From: an uncultured bacterium | GTDB lineage: Bacteria > Chloroflexota > UBA5177 > JANWHV01 | Direction: 5' to 3' | NCBI GenBank assembly: GCA_963827235.1 | Contig: CAWHAE010000012.1 | Span: 1,280,001-1,344,000 of the forward strand | Length of the DNA: 64,000 nucleotides | In this document: positions 10,621-20,977 of the stretch, piece after piece | Numbering within the stretch: the first letter of the stretch is position 1 | Layout of the letters: each line of letters starts with the position of its first letter | Notes under the pieces: model-generated | The model's input: only the letters and a program-made list of their open reading frames with translations | Database searches by the model: none | Told to the model about the DNA's origin: nothing | Position numbers and translations under genes: made by a program

Positions 10621-11178
10621 TTGAACCTCGGCGCGCTTATCCTGATCAGCATTACCGTTGGTCTCGACAATTCGGCAGTCGCGGTCGCTTTCGGCATCAG
10701 CGGCATTCCACGGCGCGAACGGGTCAGGATCGCGCTGACGTTCGGTCTCTTCGAGTTTCTCATGCCCATCGCCGGCCTGTGGCTGGGCAGCGGGGTCGCC
10801 GAAGAAGTGGGGTCGGTTGGACGCCTTGGCGGTGCATTGCTGCTGATCGCCACCGGTCTCTATGCCTATTGGAAGACCTGGACGGAGGAACGCGAGCCTG
10901 GAACGCGGGGCGCGCAGGCCATGGCCGGGCCGCGGCTCATGCTCACCGCATTTGCCCTCAGCCTCGACAACCTGGTCGTGGGCTTCGCGCTCAGTATGGC
11001 CGATACGCCCCCGCTGCTGGCCGGCGTGACGATGATCTCCGCCAGCGTGGTGATGACGCTATTGGCGCTTGAGCTGGGCCACCAGCTGGGCAGGCGAATC
11101 GAGCAGTGCAGCGAGGAGATCAGCGCCGTCGTCCTCATCCTTGTCGGCGTGGCGCTCGCCACCGGAATTCTGGGCTGA
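10621..11178 (+). CDS. mntP: Manganese efflux pump MntP family protein
   Basis: Duplicated motifs VGLDNSAVA and ALSLDNLVVG; FEFLMPIAGLWLG. Start (TTG 10621) uncertain. Confidence 0.75.
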   Translation: MNLGALILISITVGLDNSAVAVAFGISGIPRRERVRIALTFGLFEFLMPIAGLWLGSGVAEEVGSVGRLGGALLLIATGLYAYWKTWTEEREPGTRGAQAMAGPRLMLTAFALSLDNLVVGFALSMADTPPLLAGVTMISASVVMTLLALELGHQLGRRIEQCSEEISAVVLILVGVALATGILG

Positions 11179-11277
11179 GACACTGGACGGCGCGGGGTGC
11201 CGTGGTGTAGGCAGGTCGTTGCCGGGCGGCGACCGCACGCACAAGGGTGCGACCGAGGCAGCGCGGCTGTTACCGGG

Positions 11278-12519
11278 TCAGTCACGCCTGCTCAGAGCAG
11301 GGTAGCCGAGCCGCGAAAGAAAGGGGGCGGTCATCATCGTCGTCACCAGCGCCATGATGACGAGCATGGTAAAGCAGCGAGGGGTAAGGAGTCCATCCGC
11401 CAGGCCGATATTGAGCACGATCAACTCCACAAGCCCGCGCGTGTTCATGAGCGCGCCAAGAGCCAGGGCCTCGCGCCAGTCCGCACGCATTGTTCGCATA
11501 GCCAGCGCGCAGCACACGAGCTTGCCGGACACCGCCGTGAGTATGATCGCCGCGCACACCAGCCACAAACCCGGTGTGTCGACGAGCCCAAGGCGCGTCT
11601 GCAACCCGCTTGCGACGAAGAAGAGCGGCAGGAAGGTTACGGTGTTGACGGCGTCGATACTGCGGGCCTGTTCGACGGCGGCAGGCGAGCGCGGCGTCAC
11701 CGCACCCAGCATGAAGGCGCCGAAGACCGGGTGCACCCCAATCAGCGAGGTCGTGTCCGCCGCCAGCCAGAGCGTGGCCATGATCAATACCAGCCGGAGC
11801 CGTGGCGAGAAAACGAGCTGATGCGCGCGCGCGAGGGCCGGGCGGACGAAGACCAGCATGCAGGCGAAAAACGCCACGGTCTCGAACGGCGGAGCCACGG
11901 CGGACGCCCCCGCCGAGCTCGCCAGCGCGACAACCAGCGCCAGGAGGCACCAGGCCAGAATATCACTGCTGGCCGCGCAGGCCAGGGCGAGCGCGCCCAG
12001 CTGCGTGCCGGCCAGTCCTCTCTCGAACAGGATGCGTGCCAGCACGGGAAAGGCAGTTATCGCCATCGCCGTGCCCACCAGCAGCATGAACTCGCCTCTG
12101 CTTGATGCACGCGGGCCGGCATATCCGGCCGAGGAGAAGAGGAAGTAGGCTAGCGCGGCGCCCAGGGCCAGCGGCGTCAAGGTGCCGCACGCCGAAACCA
12201 CCGTCGCGCGCCGGCCCTGCCGGCGCAGGTGATCCGTGTCGAATCGCAGGCCGACCGTGAACATGTAGAGCACAAGCCCGAGGTCGCCCAATGACTGCAA
12301 CGCCGGCATGGCACTGGCCGGAAAGACCGTGGTACTGACGCCGGGCAGGAGCGCACCGAACACGCTCGGTCCCAGGACGATACCCGCGACCACCTCGCCG
12401 ATCACCCAGGGCTGGCCGACCAGCCCGCACAGCAGACCGCAGCCGTGCACCACGATCAGCACGACGGCGAGCTCGAGCAGCAGATGCTGGGTCAGCATGG
12501 GCAGGCCTGCACTCTTCAC
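11278..12519 (-). CDS. Cation:proton antiporter (CPA2/Kef-type)
   Basis: GQPWVIGEVVAGIVLGPS, AITAFPVLARIL, LMNTRGLVELIVLNIG. Confidence 0.92.
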   Translation of the reverse strand: MKSAGLPMLTQHLLLELAVVLIVVHGCGLLCGLVGQPWVIGEVVAGIVLGPSVFGALLPGVSTTVFPASAMPALQSLGDLGLVLYMFTVGLRFDTDHLRRQGRRATVVSACGTLTPLALGAALAYFLFSSAGYAGPRASSRGEFMLLVGTAMAITAFPVLARILFERGLAGTQLGALALACAASSDILAWCLLALVVALASSAGASAVAPPFETVAFFACMLVFVRPALARAHQLVFSPRLRLVLIMATLWLAADTTSLIGVHPVFGAFMLGAVTPRSPAAVEQARSIDAVNTVTFLPLFFVASGLQTRLGLVDTPGLWLVCAAIILTAVSGKLVCCALAMRTMRADWREALALGALMNTRGLVELIVLNIGLADGLLTPRCFTMLVIMALVTTMMTAPFLSRLGYPALSRRD

Positions 12520-12885
12520 CTCTCTTGCTTACGCTCACCGATCGAACGTGGCTGCCCGGGCACCGGCCGGCGGAATGCGGCGCGGGCGCCGGGCGAGGCC
12601 AGCCACATACGCACAGGTTACATGGTCCGGCGTCACCGCCACGATATCGCACAGCTCGCCAAGAAACGGGCAACTCGTGGCGGGAGATCTTTGGCAGCCG
12701 ATCGGCCTCGTTCGGCGCACGCGCGAGACACGGTATGACAGCATGACGTCCACCGGCCTGGACGCCGGCTAGCTCGATGCCGGCAGGAGCTGGCCGGCGG
12801 CCACTTGGGCGATGGGTGCAGGCGCACATACAATGAAGGGATGTTGCCCGGTGTTGGCCGGGATCCATGGCAGTCACTGGAGTCG

Positions 12886-13230
12886 ATGACAATGCCTGTA
12901 ACCAGCTCAGGGCTCGAATATGAGGATACGACCGTAGGTACTGGGGCGAGCCCGCAAAAAGGCCAAAAGGTGAGTGTTCACTATACAGGCCGCCTGAGCA
13001 ACGGCACGAAGTTCGATTCGAGCCGCGACCGGGGCCAACCGTTCACCTTCGTGATCGGGCGAGGCCAGGTTATCGCTGGCTGGGATGAAGGTGTCGGCAC
13101 GATGCAGGTTGGCGGCCAGCGAGTGTTGACCATACCGTCAAACCTTGCATACGGGGCTCGGGGCGTGCCCGGGGTTATTCCGTCCGGAGCTACCCTCGTC
13201 TTCGACGTGGAGTTGCTTGAGATCCTGTAG
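12886..13230 (+). CDS. FKBP-type peptidyl-prolyl cis-trans isomerase
   Basis: VHYTGRLSNGTKFDSSRDRGQPF, VIAGWDEG, LAYGARGVPGVIP, LVFDVELL. Confidence 0.97.
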   Translation: MTMPVTSSGLEYEDTTVGTGASPQKGQKVSVHYTGRLSNGTKFDSSRDRGQPFTFVIGRGQVIAGWDEGVGTMQVGGQRVLTIPSNLAYGARGVPGVIPSGATLVFDVELLEIL

Positions 13231-13442
13231 CGGCCTCTTCGCACACACCGTCCCGAGCCCTTTGACGGCTAACCGGCGCCCCTGTACGCTCATCACAGGG
13301 CAACATGAACCACCGATGAATCGCGGTGGCAGGTGGTGATCCACGCGATTGACCCGATTCGTTGACTGAGGGCCTCGCCCTGGATACGCGCTGAACAGCA
13401 TCTTGCGCCCAGGCTCGACACAAGGGGGTATGGGACCGGTCG

Positions 13443-15002
13443 ATGAGCGCCTTTTCGCGTGTCCGGTTCGTCATGGGCTTGGTGGCGGCAGAGCCACGCG
13501 CCGGGGCCGGGCGGGGCGGGGCGCGTGAGGCGTTCGGGTCGCGCGCGCAGGATGACGGGCAGCAGGCAGGCCTCTGGCCGAGCATGCGGCGCGCCACCCG
13601 CGCGGTGACCCGTATCCCGCTTCCCACCTGGGCTACACCCGTGTCGATCGCCTCCCTGGGCATGTACATCGTGGAGACGCTGGATCATGGCGTTTACCGG
13701 GTTCAGATTCCCTTTGCCATCCTGCTGACGGGCGCCCTGGTCGTCATGCTCGCCGCGCTCTACTTCGCCTTGGCCCAGCCGCCGGCCCGCCTCGTCACCG
13801 TCGGCGAGCGTCCCAAGACGGCGCTGCTCATGACGGTCCTGCTCGGCATCACCATCGCGCAAATGCTTATCGCCGTTCCTCATCTGATGCAGGTTCAGCG
13901 CTACACGAACGACGCCGTCGCAGTCACCGACTGCGCGGCGCAGATGGTCATGCATGGCCAGAATCCATACAAGAACGTGCACATGCTGACCTGCCTGCAG
14001 GATCACGGCCTGAATTCGGGCTCGACGACACCCAAGACCGTCGGCGCGTTCAAGGATTTTCGCAGCTACCCGTCGCCCGCGGCGGCTACCTTCAAGTGGA
14101 AGCAGTACATCACCTTCATCAACGATCTCAAGCAAGAACGCCGGAATCCCTCGTACATGACGCCCGACTTCGAGAACCGCTTCAACTATCCGGGCGCCGC
14201 GATCACGATGGCCATCCCCGTACTGCTGCTCGGCGTGCGCGACCTCATTCCCCTCTATCTCGGCTTCATGGTCCTGACCGGTATCCAGATCTGGCGGCGC
14301 GCCAACCCCAGAATCCGCCTCGCCGTCACCTGCCTGTTACTCGGCAACGCTCCCCTGGTCGTGGACGGAGTGGGGGGACTGACCGACGCCTCATACGCGT
14401 TCTTCCTCGTGCTCTACTGGTTCAATCGCGGCCGCACCTGGCCGGCGGGTCTGCTGCTCGGCCTGGCCATCGCCAGCCGGCAGCAAGCCTGGTTCTTCGT
14501 GCCGTTCCTGCTGTTCCTGTCCTGGCGCGAATCCGGCTTTCGCGAGGCCTGCAAGCTCTCCGCCATCATGACGCTGGTGTTTATCGGCCTCAACCTGCAA
14601 TTCATTCTCATGTCGCCCGCGGACTGGCTGACCGGAATGCTCGGGCCCATGCGCGATCCCATGTTCGCGCTCGGCGTGGGCCTGGTCGATCTGTCGATCG
14701 CCAAGGCCCTGCCGCTCTTCCCGGCGGCCGTCTACCTCGTGCTCGAGGTACTGGCTTACGCCGGCGTATTCGCCTTCTATGTGCGTCGCTGGGCGACCGC
14801 GCCGGCGCTCGCCTTGTTGCTGCCGCTGATTCCTATGTTCTTTGCATGGCGCAGTCTGCACACGTACTTCATGTTCCTGCCGGTTCTGGCAGTCGCCGCT
14901 CTCGTCATCACGACACCGCGTATCGTCGGCCCCGACATCGTGGCGGGCACGCGGTTCGACCACGCCGGACGATCGCGCGGCAGCCACGGCGTCGCGAGCT
15001 GA
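13443..15002 (+). CDS. GT-C fold membrane glycosyltransferase (GT87-like)
   Basis: Multi-TM; YTNDA...HGQNPY, FNYP, D in GGLTDASY, LAIASRQQAWF. True start may lie downstream (about 13584). Confidence 0.6.
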   Translation: MSAFSRVRFVMGLVAAEPRAGAGRGGAREAFGSRAQDDGQQAGLWPSMRRATRAVTRIPLPTWATPVSIASLGMYIVETLDHGVYRVQIPFAILLTGALVVMLAALYFALAQPPARLVTVGERPKTALLMTVLLGITIAQMLIAVPHLMQVQRYTNDAVAVTDCAAQMVMHGQNPYKNVHMLTCLQDHGLNSGSTTPKTVGAFKDFRSYPSPAAATFKWKQYITFINDLKQERRNPSYMTPDFENRFNYPGAAITMAIPVLLLGVRDLIPLYLGFMVLTGIQIWRRANPRIRLAVTCLLLGNAPLVVDGVGGLTDASYAFFLVLYWFNRGRTWPAGLLLGLAIASRQQAWFFVPFLLFLSWRESGFREACKLSAIMTLVFIGLNLQFILMSPADWLTGMLGPMRDPMFALGVGLVDLSIAKALPLFPAAVYLVLEVLAYAGVFAFYVRRWATAPALALLLPLIPMFFAWRSLHTYFMFLPVLAVAALVITTPRIVGPDIVAGTRFDHAGRSRGSHGVAS

Positions 15003-15021
15003 CCGGCGCCCTCGGCCCTGC

Positions 15022-16605
15022 CTACTGGCAACGCTGCTGCACGACTTCCGTGTGAGACAGGAGGTTGTCCAGCGTGGTAGAGCCGGACGGCAGCCGGCGG
15101 TTCTGCACGACGGACACGGTGAAGCGCCCCACCACTCGCGATCCGGACTGGATGGGCAGGCTGGCAAACACGCTTGGCGGTCCGGGCGGCGGCACCGGCG
15201 CGCCGGCCGGCGGATCGGTGGCTACATACACGATGGTCGTGGCCCGCTTCGGCGGCGGCCAGAGCTTGTACTGATTCGCATCGCTGTAGACGTGCGGATG
15301 GCCCGGTAGGTAGAACGCCATCTCCGCCGCCGTGCCGTAGGAATCGGCGACGAGGACATACGACCGGCGTGCGACCGGGCTCGGCGGCGTCACGATCGAT
15401 GCCACCAGTTTGGCCGCGTCAGGCCAACGAGGCTGCGGCCGCAGCAGGGAGGAGTCGACGCGCGCGGCGTTGTCGACCAGCGGACCCCCCTGAGCCACCG
15501 TTTGCTGGATGTATCCGGCCTGGATGCCGGCAAACTCGATCGCTCCGGTCAGGACCGTGGCGCCCAGGAGGGTGCGCGAGCGGCAGGGTGCAATCCGCCG
15601 CCACCACGGATACCGCTCGGCCAGCACGCCGGCGCAGATAATGCCGGAGAAGTAGCCGGGAGCCGCCCATTGGCGCACGCCGTGCGCCACGAGAAAGGCT
15701 CCGGCAATAGGGACGGTACAGCAGGCCAGAAGCAAGAGGGGATCGTCGCCGCGCAAGCCGCGCGTGCAGGCAATAAGCGTGCTGGCCGCGACGACGACGG
15801 CGAGCAGCGGTCCCAGCAGCGTGACTTGGTTCTGCGCGTATAGCCACGTCTGGTACAGGTAGTTGGATCCCCGGGCGCCGATCACGCAAGCGCCGTGTGC
15901 CGTCTGGAAGCCGAGGCTGACCCAGCCATGGTGGGCATTCCACCAGAGATTGGGGCTGAAGACGACCAGCGCCAGGAGGGCGGCAAGATAGGGCTCGCGC
16001 CTGGCCTGCCATCGCCGGCACGAGAGCATGGCGTAGAGCACCAGCGATGCCACCAGGAAGAAGGCCGTGTACTTTGCCAGCAGCGCCACTCCAACGAGCG
16101 CCCCTGCCGGGTACCAGTAGCGACCATCGCCGGTCCGGGCGGCAAGCACCATCACGTACACCACGCCGGCCCAGGCAAGCAGCAATGGGGCGTCGGGCCC
16201 GGCAAAGTCGAACAGGATGCCGAACAAGGGACACGTCGCCGCCAGGAGGAGGCACGACCAGCCGGCTCGCGCGCCGCCCAGCGTGTTCCCTGTCCGCGCC
16301 GCCACTGCCAGGGTTCCCAGACCGCACAGCACCATTCCCAAGCGAACGCCGAGCTCGCTCGAACCGGCCACAGCGGTGGCCAGCCGGACGAGCACCGCCA
16401 CCAGCGGCGGATGGTCGTAGTAGCCAAGGTCCAGCCGCCGAGACCAGTCCCAGTAGTACGCCTCATCGAAGAAGAGGGTCGAGCGCCCGACCCACTGGAG
16501 CCACCAGATGCTGACCAGTACGAGCGCCGCCAGGAGAGCAGGCCCCTGAGGTCGCGGGATATCGCCGGCCGGCGACTTGACACTCCGGTCAGCCCGGTAC
16601 ACCAT
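15022..16605 (-). CDS. Glycosyltransferase family 39/83 (PMT_2/ArnT-like)
   Basis: FFDEAYYWDWSRRLDLGYYDHPPLV, PDAPLL, LLAKYT, PNLWWN. Alternative start at 16668. Confidence 0.88.
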   Translation of the reverse strand: MVYRADRSVKSPAGDIPRPQGPALLAALVLVSIWWLQWVGRSTLFFDEAYYWDWSRRLDLGYYDHPPLVAVLVRLATAVAGSSELGVRLGMVLCGLGTLAVAARTGNTLGGARAGWSCLLLAATCPLFGILFDFAGPDAPLLLAWAGVVYVMVLAARTGDGRYWYPAGALVGVALLAKYTAFFLVASLVLYAMLSCRRWQARREPYLAALLALVVFSPNLWWNAHHGWVSLGFQTAHGACVIGARGSNYLYQTWLYAQNQVTLLGPLLAVVVAASTLIACTRGLRGDDPLLLLACCTVPIAGAFLVAHGVRQWAAPGYFSGIICAGVLAERYPWWRRIAPCRSRTLLGATVLTGAIEFAGIQAGYIQQTVAQGGPLVDNAARVDSSLLRPQPRWPDAAKLVASIVTPPSPVARRSYVLVADSYGTAAEMAFYLPGHPHVYSDANQYKLWPPPKRATTIVYVATDPPAGAPVPPPGPPSVFASLPIQSGSRVVGRFTVSVVQNRRLPSGSTTLDNLLSHTEVVQQRCQ

Positions 16606-16768
16606 CACTGCATCCCCGTTGCTGCCGCGATTTCGGACACGACCCCGAGTATACCAGGGCAACCGCATTCCGCCTCCCCATAGACCGTGGGATGGTGCCG
16701 CTCGGCCCGTCCCGAGCACGGCCGCAGCGCCGCACACCGCTGGCGCGACTCCGGGCCGCGCCACTACC

Positions 16769-18463
16769 ATGGGCTTGGACAGTCCTGCCGTCAGCGTTCA
16801 AAGGAGAGCTTGGGCAGTGCCACGATACGCGCCGGAGCCCGGCGCCCGCCTCCGCCAAACACTGCCGTTCGGGCTCGTCGCCTTCTGCCTGCTCTGGCGA
16901 TTGCCTACGTTGGGCGACCCGCCATGGCTCAATGACGAGGGCGTCTACGCCAACGTTGGAAAGGCGATTCTGCAGGGCGAGGCGTTGTACCGGCAGGTAT
17001 GGGAGAACAAGCCCCCGGCCATCTACCTGCTCTACGGCACCGCCCAGGCCGTGGCCGGCTCCGCGAACGTGCTCTTTGCCGTTCGCCTGCTCGCCCTGGC
17101 AGCGGCACTGATCGCCCAGACGGCGATATTCCGGCTGGTGCGTAGCCACGCCGGGTACTGGGCGGCCCTGCTCGGCACGGCGTGCGCGGGGGCGGCGCTC
17201 GACCTCCCACTGCTCGACGGCACGACCGCCAACGCCGAGATATACCTGATCGCTGCCACCACACCTGCCATGGCTACACTGTGGAAGACCTTCTCCCGGG
17301 CCGGCGCGGCACCGGCGCGCCGGGTCGATGCCGCGCCAATTGCCGCGGCCGGCGTGGCGTTCGGCGTCGCCATCCTCTTCAAGCTGGTCGCGGGCACCGA
17401 TCTTGTCGCCGCCCTTGCCGTCGTCGCGCTCGCCTGTCCCGCAGAGCGACGACTGCGTGCCGGTTGCATTCTGCTCGCCGGTACCGCCCTGCCTATTGCC
17501 GCCGCCTTGCTCTGGCTGGCCGGCCGCGGCCTGCTCGGCGACGCGCTGTACGCCACCGTCGGGTACAACGAGGGCTACGTCTCCACCGGCCAGAGCATGC
17601 ACGCGCCCCTGGTCAGCATCGGGCTGCTTGCCGCCCCGCTCATGCTGCTGCTCCTCGGCATCTGGGTGCTGCGCCGGACGGCTGCCCGGCGCACCTGGCA
17701 GGCCGCAGCTCCCGCGTTGTCCACGAACACGATCCCGCCTGGCGCGTTCGCCGCCGGCTCGCTGTGGTGGCTTGGCCTGGCCCTGCTCGGCGCCCTGGCG
17801 AGCGGCCGTTCGTACCTCCACTACTACCTGCAGGCCGTGCCGCCCGCCGCGATTTGCCTGGCGCTGCTCGCCGGCGGCATCGGCGCGAGCCGCGAGCGCC
17901 TGGCTCGCCGGTTGCTCGCCGGTGTCTTTGCAACCTGGATCGTCGCCATCCCAGCGATATCCGTACAGGCAGTGAGCGCCACGCGCCCCACCGACCCACT
18001 CGCCAATCGCATATACGGATACTACGGCTATGCCTGGCAGCATCTGACAGGGGCCATCAGCGACAGCGAGCTCGGAGATCGCATGGACGCCCGCGTCGAG
18101 CGCAACGTGGCCACCGCGAGATACCTGCGCGGCCACCCTGCCCTACCTCGGCGCCTCTATGTGTGGGGAAACGCACCATGGATCTACTACCTCTCCGGCT
18201 ACGAGCATGCGACGCGGTACTTCTCGGCGTACTACAGACCGCCCATTCCGGGCGGCATGGATCAGGTCGCCGCCGGCCTGCGAGCCGATCCGCCGCCCTA
18301 CATCGTGGTCATCGAGCCCGAGCTACCCACCTCGGCCTCCCTCGAAGCCCTCCTGCGCAGCCGTTACCATGTCGTGTGGCGATACCGCCAGGCGGTGGTC
18401 TTCCGGCTGCGCACGACGGTCCGGCGCCCGAATGCGCACGGCAGTGAGACCAAGGCCCCGTGA
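16769..18463 (+). CDS. Glycosyltransferase family 39-like membrane protein
   Basis: NDEGVYA...LYRQVWENKPPAIY, ANAEIY, HYYLQAVPP, C-terminal LYVWGNAPWIYY domain. Confidence 0.8.
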   Translation: MGLDSPAVSVQRRAWAVPRYAPEPGARLRQTLPFGLVAFCLLWRLPTLGDPPWLNDEGVYANVGKAILQGEALYRQVWENKPPAIYLLYGTAQAVAGSANVLFAVRLLALAAALIAQTAIFRLVRSHAGYWAALLGTACAGAALDLPLLDGTTANAEIYLIAATTPAMATLWKTFSRAGAAPARRVDAAPIAAAGVAFGVAILFKLVAGTDLVAALAVVALACPAERRLRAGCILLAGTALPIAAALLWLAGRGLLGDALYATVGYNEGYVSTGQSMHAPLVSIGLLAAPLMLLLLGIWVLRRTAARRTWQAAAPALSTNTIPPGAFAAGSLWWLGLALLGALASGRSYLHYYLQAVPPAAICLALLAGGIGASRERLARRLLAGVFATWIVAIPAISVQAVSATRPTDPLANRIYGYYGYAWQHLTGAISDSELGDRMDARVERNVATARYLRGHPALPRRLYVWGNAPWIYYLSGYEHATRYFSAYYRPPIPGGMDQVAAGLRADPPPYIVVIEPELPTSASLEALLRSRYHVVWRYRQAVVFRLRTTVRRPNAHGSETKAP

Positions 18464-18469
18464 GCTCGC

Positions 18470-19687
18470 CTAGATCTGCTTGAGGTCCAGCACCAGGATC
18501 TTGCCCGGCACCAGCCGGGCCGGTGGGCTGCCGGTCGAGAAAGGCAGATGCTGCCTGATACCGTCCGGTACCCAGCCCCACGGATTGGTTGCCGGCACTC
18601 GACCGCCGCTATCAACCACCACCGCATGGCCGGCCTGCGCGTCGACGAAGACCGCGCTCGGCCGCAGGCCGACCTGGAGCGTCCGCAGCACCGCGCCTGT
18701 TCGTGCATCCATGACCAGCAGCTTGCCGCTCTGCTGGTTGGCGGCACCCGCGATGCCTCTGACCCCTCCGCTCACCATCAACAGATGCCCGCGAGCGGCA
18801 TCGACTGCGAGTCCGGCCATTCCCTGGCCCACCGCGATTCGCTGCTGTATCCGGCCGGTGCTCCCGTCGACCGAGAACAGCGTGCCCATATCGAGGGCGT
18901 ATACACGCCCGCTCGTCTCGTCGACGGCGAGGCGGCTGGCGGCAAAGAACTGCTGCTGCGCCGCATCGGACTGCAGTGACGTGGTCGTGATCGGCGTGCC
19001 GTCTCGCGCGTTGAGCGCGACGAGTGTGGCTCCGGCGGCCACGTAGACTCTGCCCAGCTTCTCGTCCACGGCCACTGACGGGGCGCTCTGCCCGAGGGAC
19101 AGGTGGATCGTGCGCAACAGGGCTCCGTCCGCAGCGTCGAGCACGCGTACCGTGCCGTCGCCATCGTCGACCACGAAGGCGCGCTTCGTGACCTCATCGA
19201 CGGCAACGGCGCGCGGGCTGGTGCCCACCGCCGTCCTGCTCTGGAACGCGCCGCTGCGCGAGTTCACCATGCGGACGTCGGCATTCGCCGTGGCAACGTA
19301 GGCCGTGCTGGTTTGCGCGTCGACCGCGACCGCCCTGGGTGCCGCACCCAGGCTGAGCGTGCTCACCGGCGAATGGCCTCGCGTATCCACCACCGTCAGG
19401 GCCGCGGGCCTCGAGGCATAGCTCGACACGCTGCTGATCGAGCCGGCTCCGTAGTAGTAGTTGCTGCTGCCGCCGTAGAAGTACCCGAACCCCCCGAAGG
19501 GCCGATCGAGCACGTACAGACGCCCCGTACGCTGGTCCAGCGCACCGCCGCCTGGAAACGACTGCAAGGCGACTGTGGACAAAACGTAGCCGTCCGCAGT
19601 GCGGCCGAGAACCACTCGGCCTGCCTGCACGCCGGCCGCAACCATGAGCACCAACACTACTACGAGCACCCGCGCGCGCATGACCAT
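18470..19687 (-). CDS. Exported YncE/YVTN beta-propeller protein
   Basis: Signal/TM segment, repeated VGxxPRAVAVD / AVDExxGRVYV blades. Confidence 0.85.
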   Translation of the reverse strand: MVMRARVLVVVLVLMVAAGVQAGRVVLGRTADGYVLSTVALQSFPGGGALDQRTGRLYVLDRPFGGFGYFYGGSSNYYYGAGSISSVSSYASRPAALTVVDTRGHSPVSTLSLGAAPRAVAVDAQTSTAYVATANADVRMVNSRSGAFQSRTAVGTSPRAVAVDEVTKRAFVVDDGDGTVRVLDAADGALLRTIHLSLGQSAPSVAVDEKLGRVYVAAGATLVALNARDGTPITTTSLQSDAAQQQFFAASRLAVDETSGRVYALDMGTLFSVDGSTGRIQQRIAVGQGMAGLAVDAARGHLLMVSGGVRGIAGAANQQSGKLLVMDARTGAVLRTLQVGLRPSAVFVDAQAGHAVVVDSGGRVPATNPWGWVPDGIRQHLPFSTGSPPARLVPGKILVLDLKQI

Positions 19688-19935
19688 CCCTCCCGTCTCT
19701 AGAGCGCATCGTAGCGCGCTCACGCCTTAGATGGAACCCTTCGCGGACGCCAATACGCCCGCTTGCCGGCACCGCTGTGCCCGGACGGCTCTCATCCTCT
19801 CGAACCTTCGGCAGAGCGGCAAAGCGGGGTGCGGCAGACCCGGACCACGGCCGGAGAAGCTCGCTATCCACCGCCAAATCGCGAAGAACCGGGCAAAACC
19901 GGGGCCAAATAGCACATCAAAGGAGGCGGACGACC

Positions 19936-20148
19936 ATGGCGCGAGCATGGGAGCACAATCGCGACAGTATTCGCGCAGACATGCTATGGTGGTGTTGGAC
20001 GAGCCGATCCCGGCGACGACGTTGTGTCGCTCGCGATACGTCGTCCCGGAGGCACCGCGCCACGGCGGCACGGGTATGGCGCCGCCGAGGTGAGAGATAT
20101 GACTTCCGTACGGACGACAGGCCGCCGGGCACGTGCCGCGGTGGATGA
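19936..20148 (+). CDS. Possible small hypothetical protein
   Basis: Strong AAAGGAGG RBS before the ATG, but an Arg-rich, unconvincing product. Confidence 0.2.
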   Translation: MARAWEHNRDSIRADMLWWCWTSRSRRRRCVARDTSSRRHRATAARVWRRRGERYDFRTDDRPPGTCRGG

Positions 20149-20346
20149 GACTGAGAGGTCGTAGCTGACCGGCCTGTGCCGGCGATCGAGAACGAACGAT
20201 CGGAGCGCATGGTCGACCTCTTGTGGAGGTGCAGTCTACATCGTCGTCCGGCGTATTCGCAGCAATCGCTAGTATGAATCAGCAGACGCCCGCTCCGCGC
20301 GAGAGCCTCGCGCGCTTGCCGGCACTACCTTGGGAGGTACCATCCA

Positions 20347-20805
20347 ATGACAGAAGAGTTTGGCGAGGCCACCATTGCCGTGCCGCCTTCGCTGCTCGAT
20401 CAGCTTCACGCGGTCGCCAGGCAGGAAGGGTTGACGACGGCGAACGCCGCCGCTGCCGCCATCCATGAGTGGCTGGACCGTCACGCTCGTCCATGGGAGC
20501 CCGAACTGCGGCCGAAGCAGCCGCTTCGTTTCGATGGCCGTGACGGCCGTTATCACGGAAAGCAGAGCGACGGCACGTCGATCGTGATCGATGCGGACGC
20601 CTACGCCGAGGTGCTTCGGCAGCACGAGCGAGACGGCATGGGGCGGGACCAGGCGGAGCTGGTGACGGCCGACGCGGATAGCTGGGCGCCGGATATGAAA
20701 GGCTGGATCGACTCCTATCCGCCCAAGCGGAGCAGCGCAGGAGCATTCGCCTCCCGCTGGGCGGCGCCCAGCCTGGCCGGCCTGGGCGTGATGCGCACCG
20801 GCTAG
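20347..20805 (+). CDS. Hypothetical protein with N-terminal ribbon-helix-helix (CopG-like) segment
   Basis: GGAGG RBS; ATIAVPPSLLDQLHAVARQEGLTTANAAAAAIHEWLD fits the RHH beta-alpha-alpha pattern. Confidence 0.65.
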   Translation: MTEEFGEATIAVPPSLLDQLHAVARQEGLTTANAAAAAIHEWLDRHARPWEPELRPKQPLRFDGRDGRYHGKQSDGTSIVIDADAYAEVLRQHERDGMGRDQAELVTADADSWAPDMKGWIDSYPPKRSSAGAFASRWAAPSLAGLGVMRTG

Positions 20806-20977
20806 GTCTTTTTCGAACCGCAGCCGCGGCCGGGGGTGCCGCGGCCGGGCCTCATGGGCAGGAACCATAGATACTGCCGGAGAACGCCGCCTTTGCCGTC
20901 CGTATTGCTGGGGTCGTAGACTAGCAGATATGGACTCCCACCATCGTGTGGCGGAATAGCGAAGGCAGTTGAAGCAC

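Noticed and set aside
12520-12885. Na+/Li+ riboswitch (nhaA or DUF1646 motif) upstream of the antiporter
   Set aside because: No recognisable consensus found by eye.
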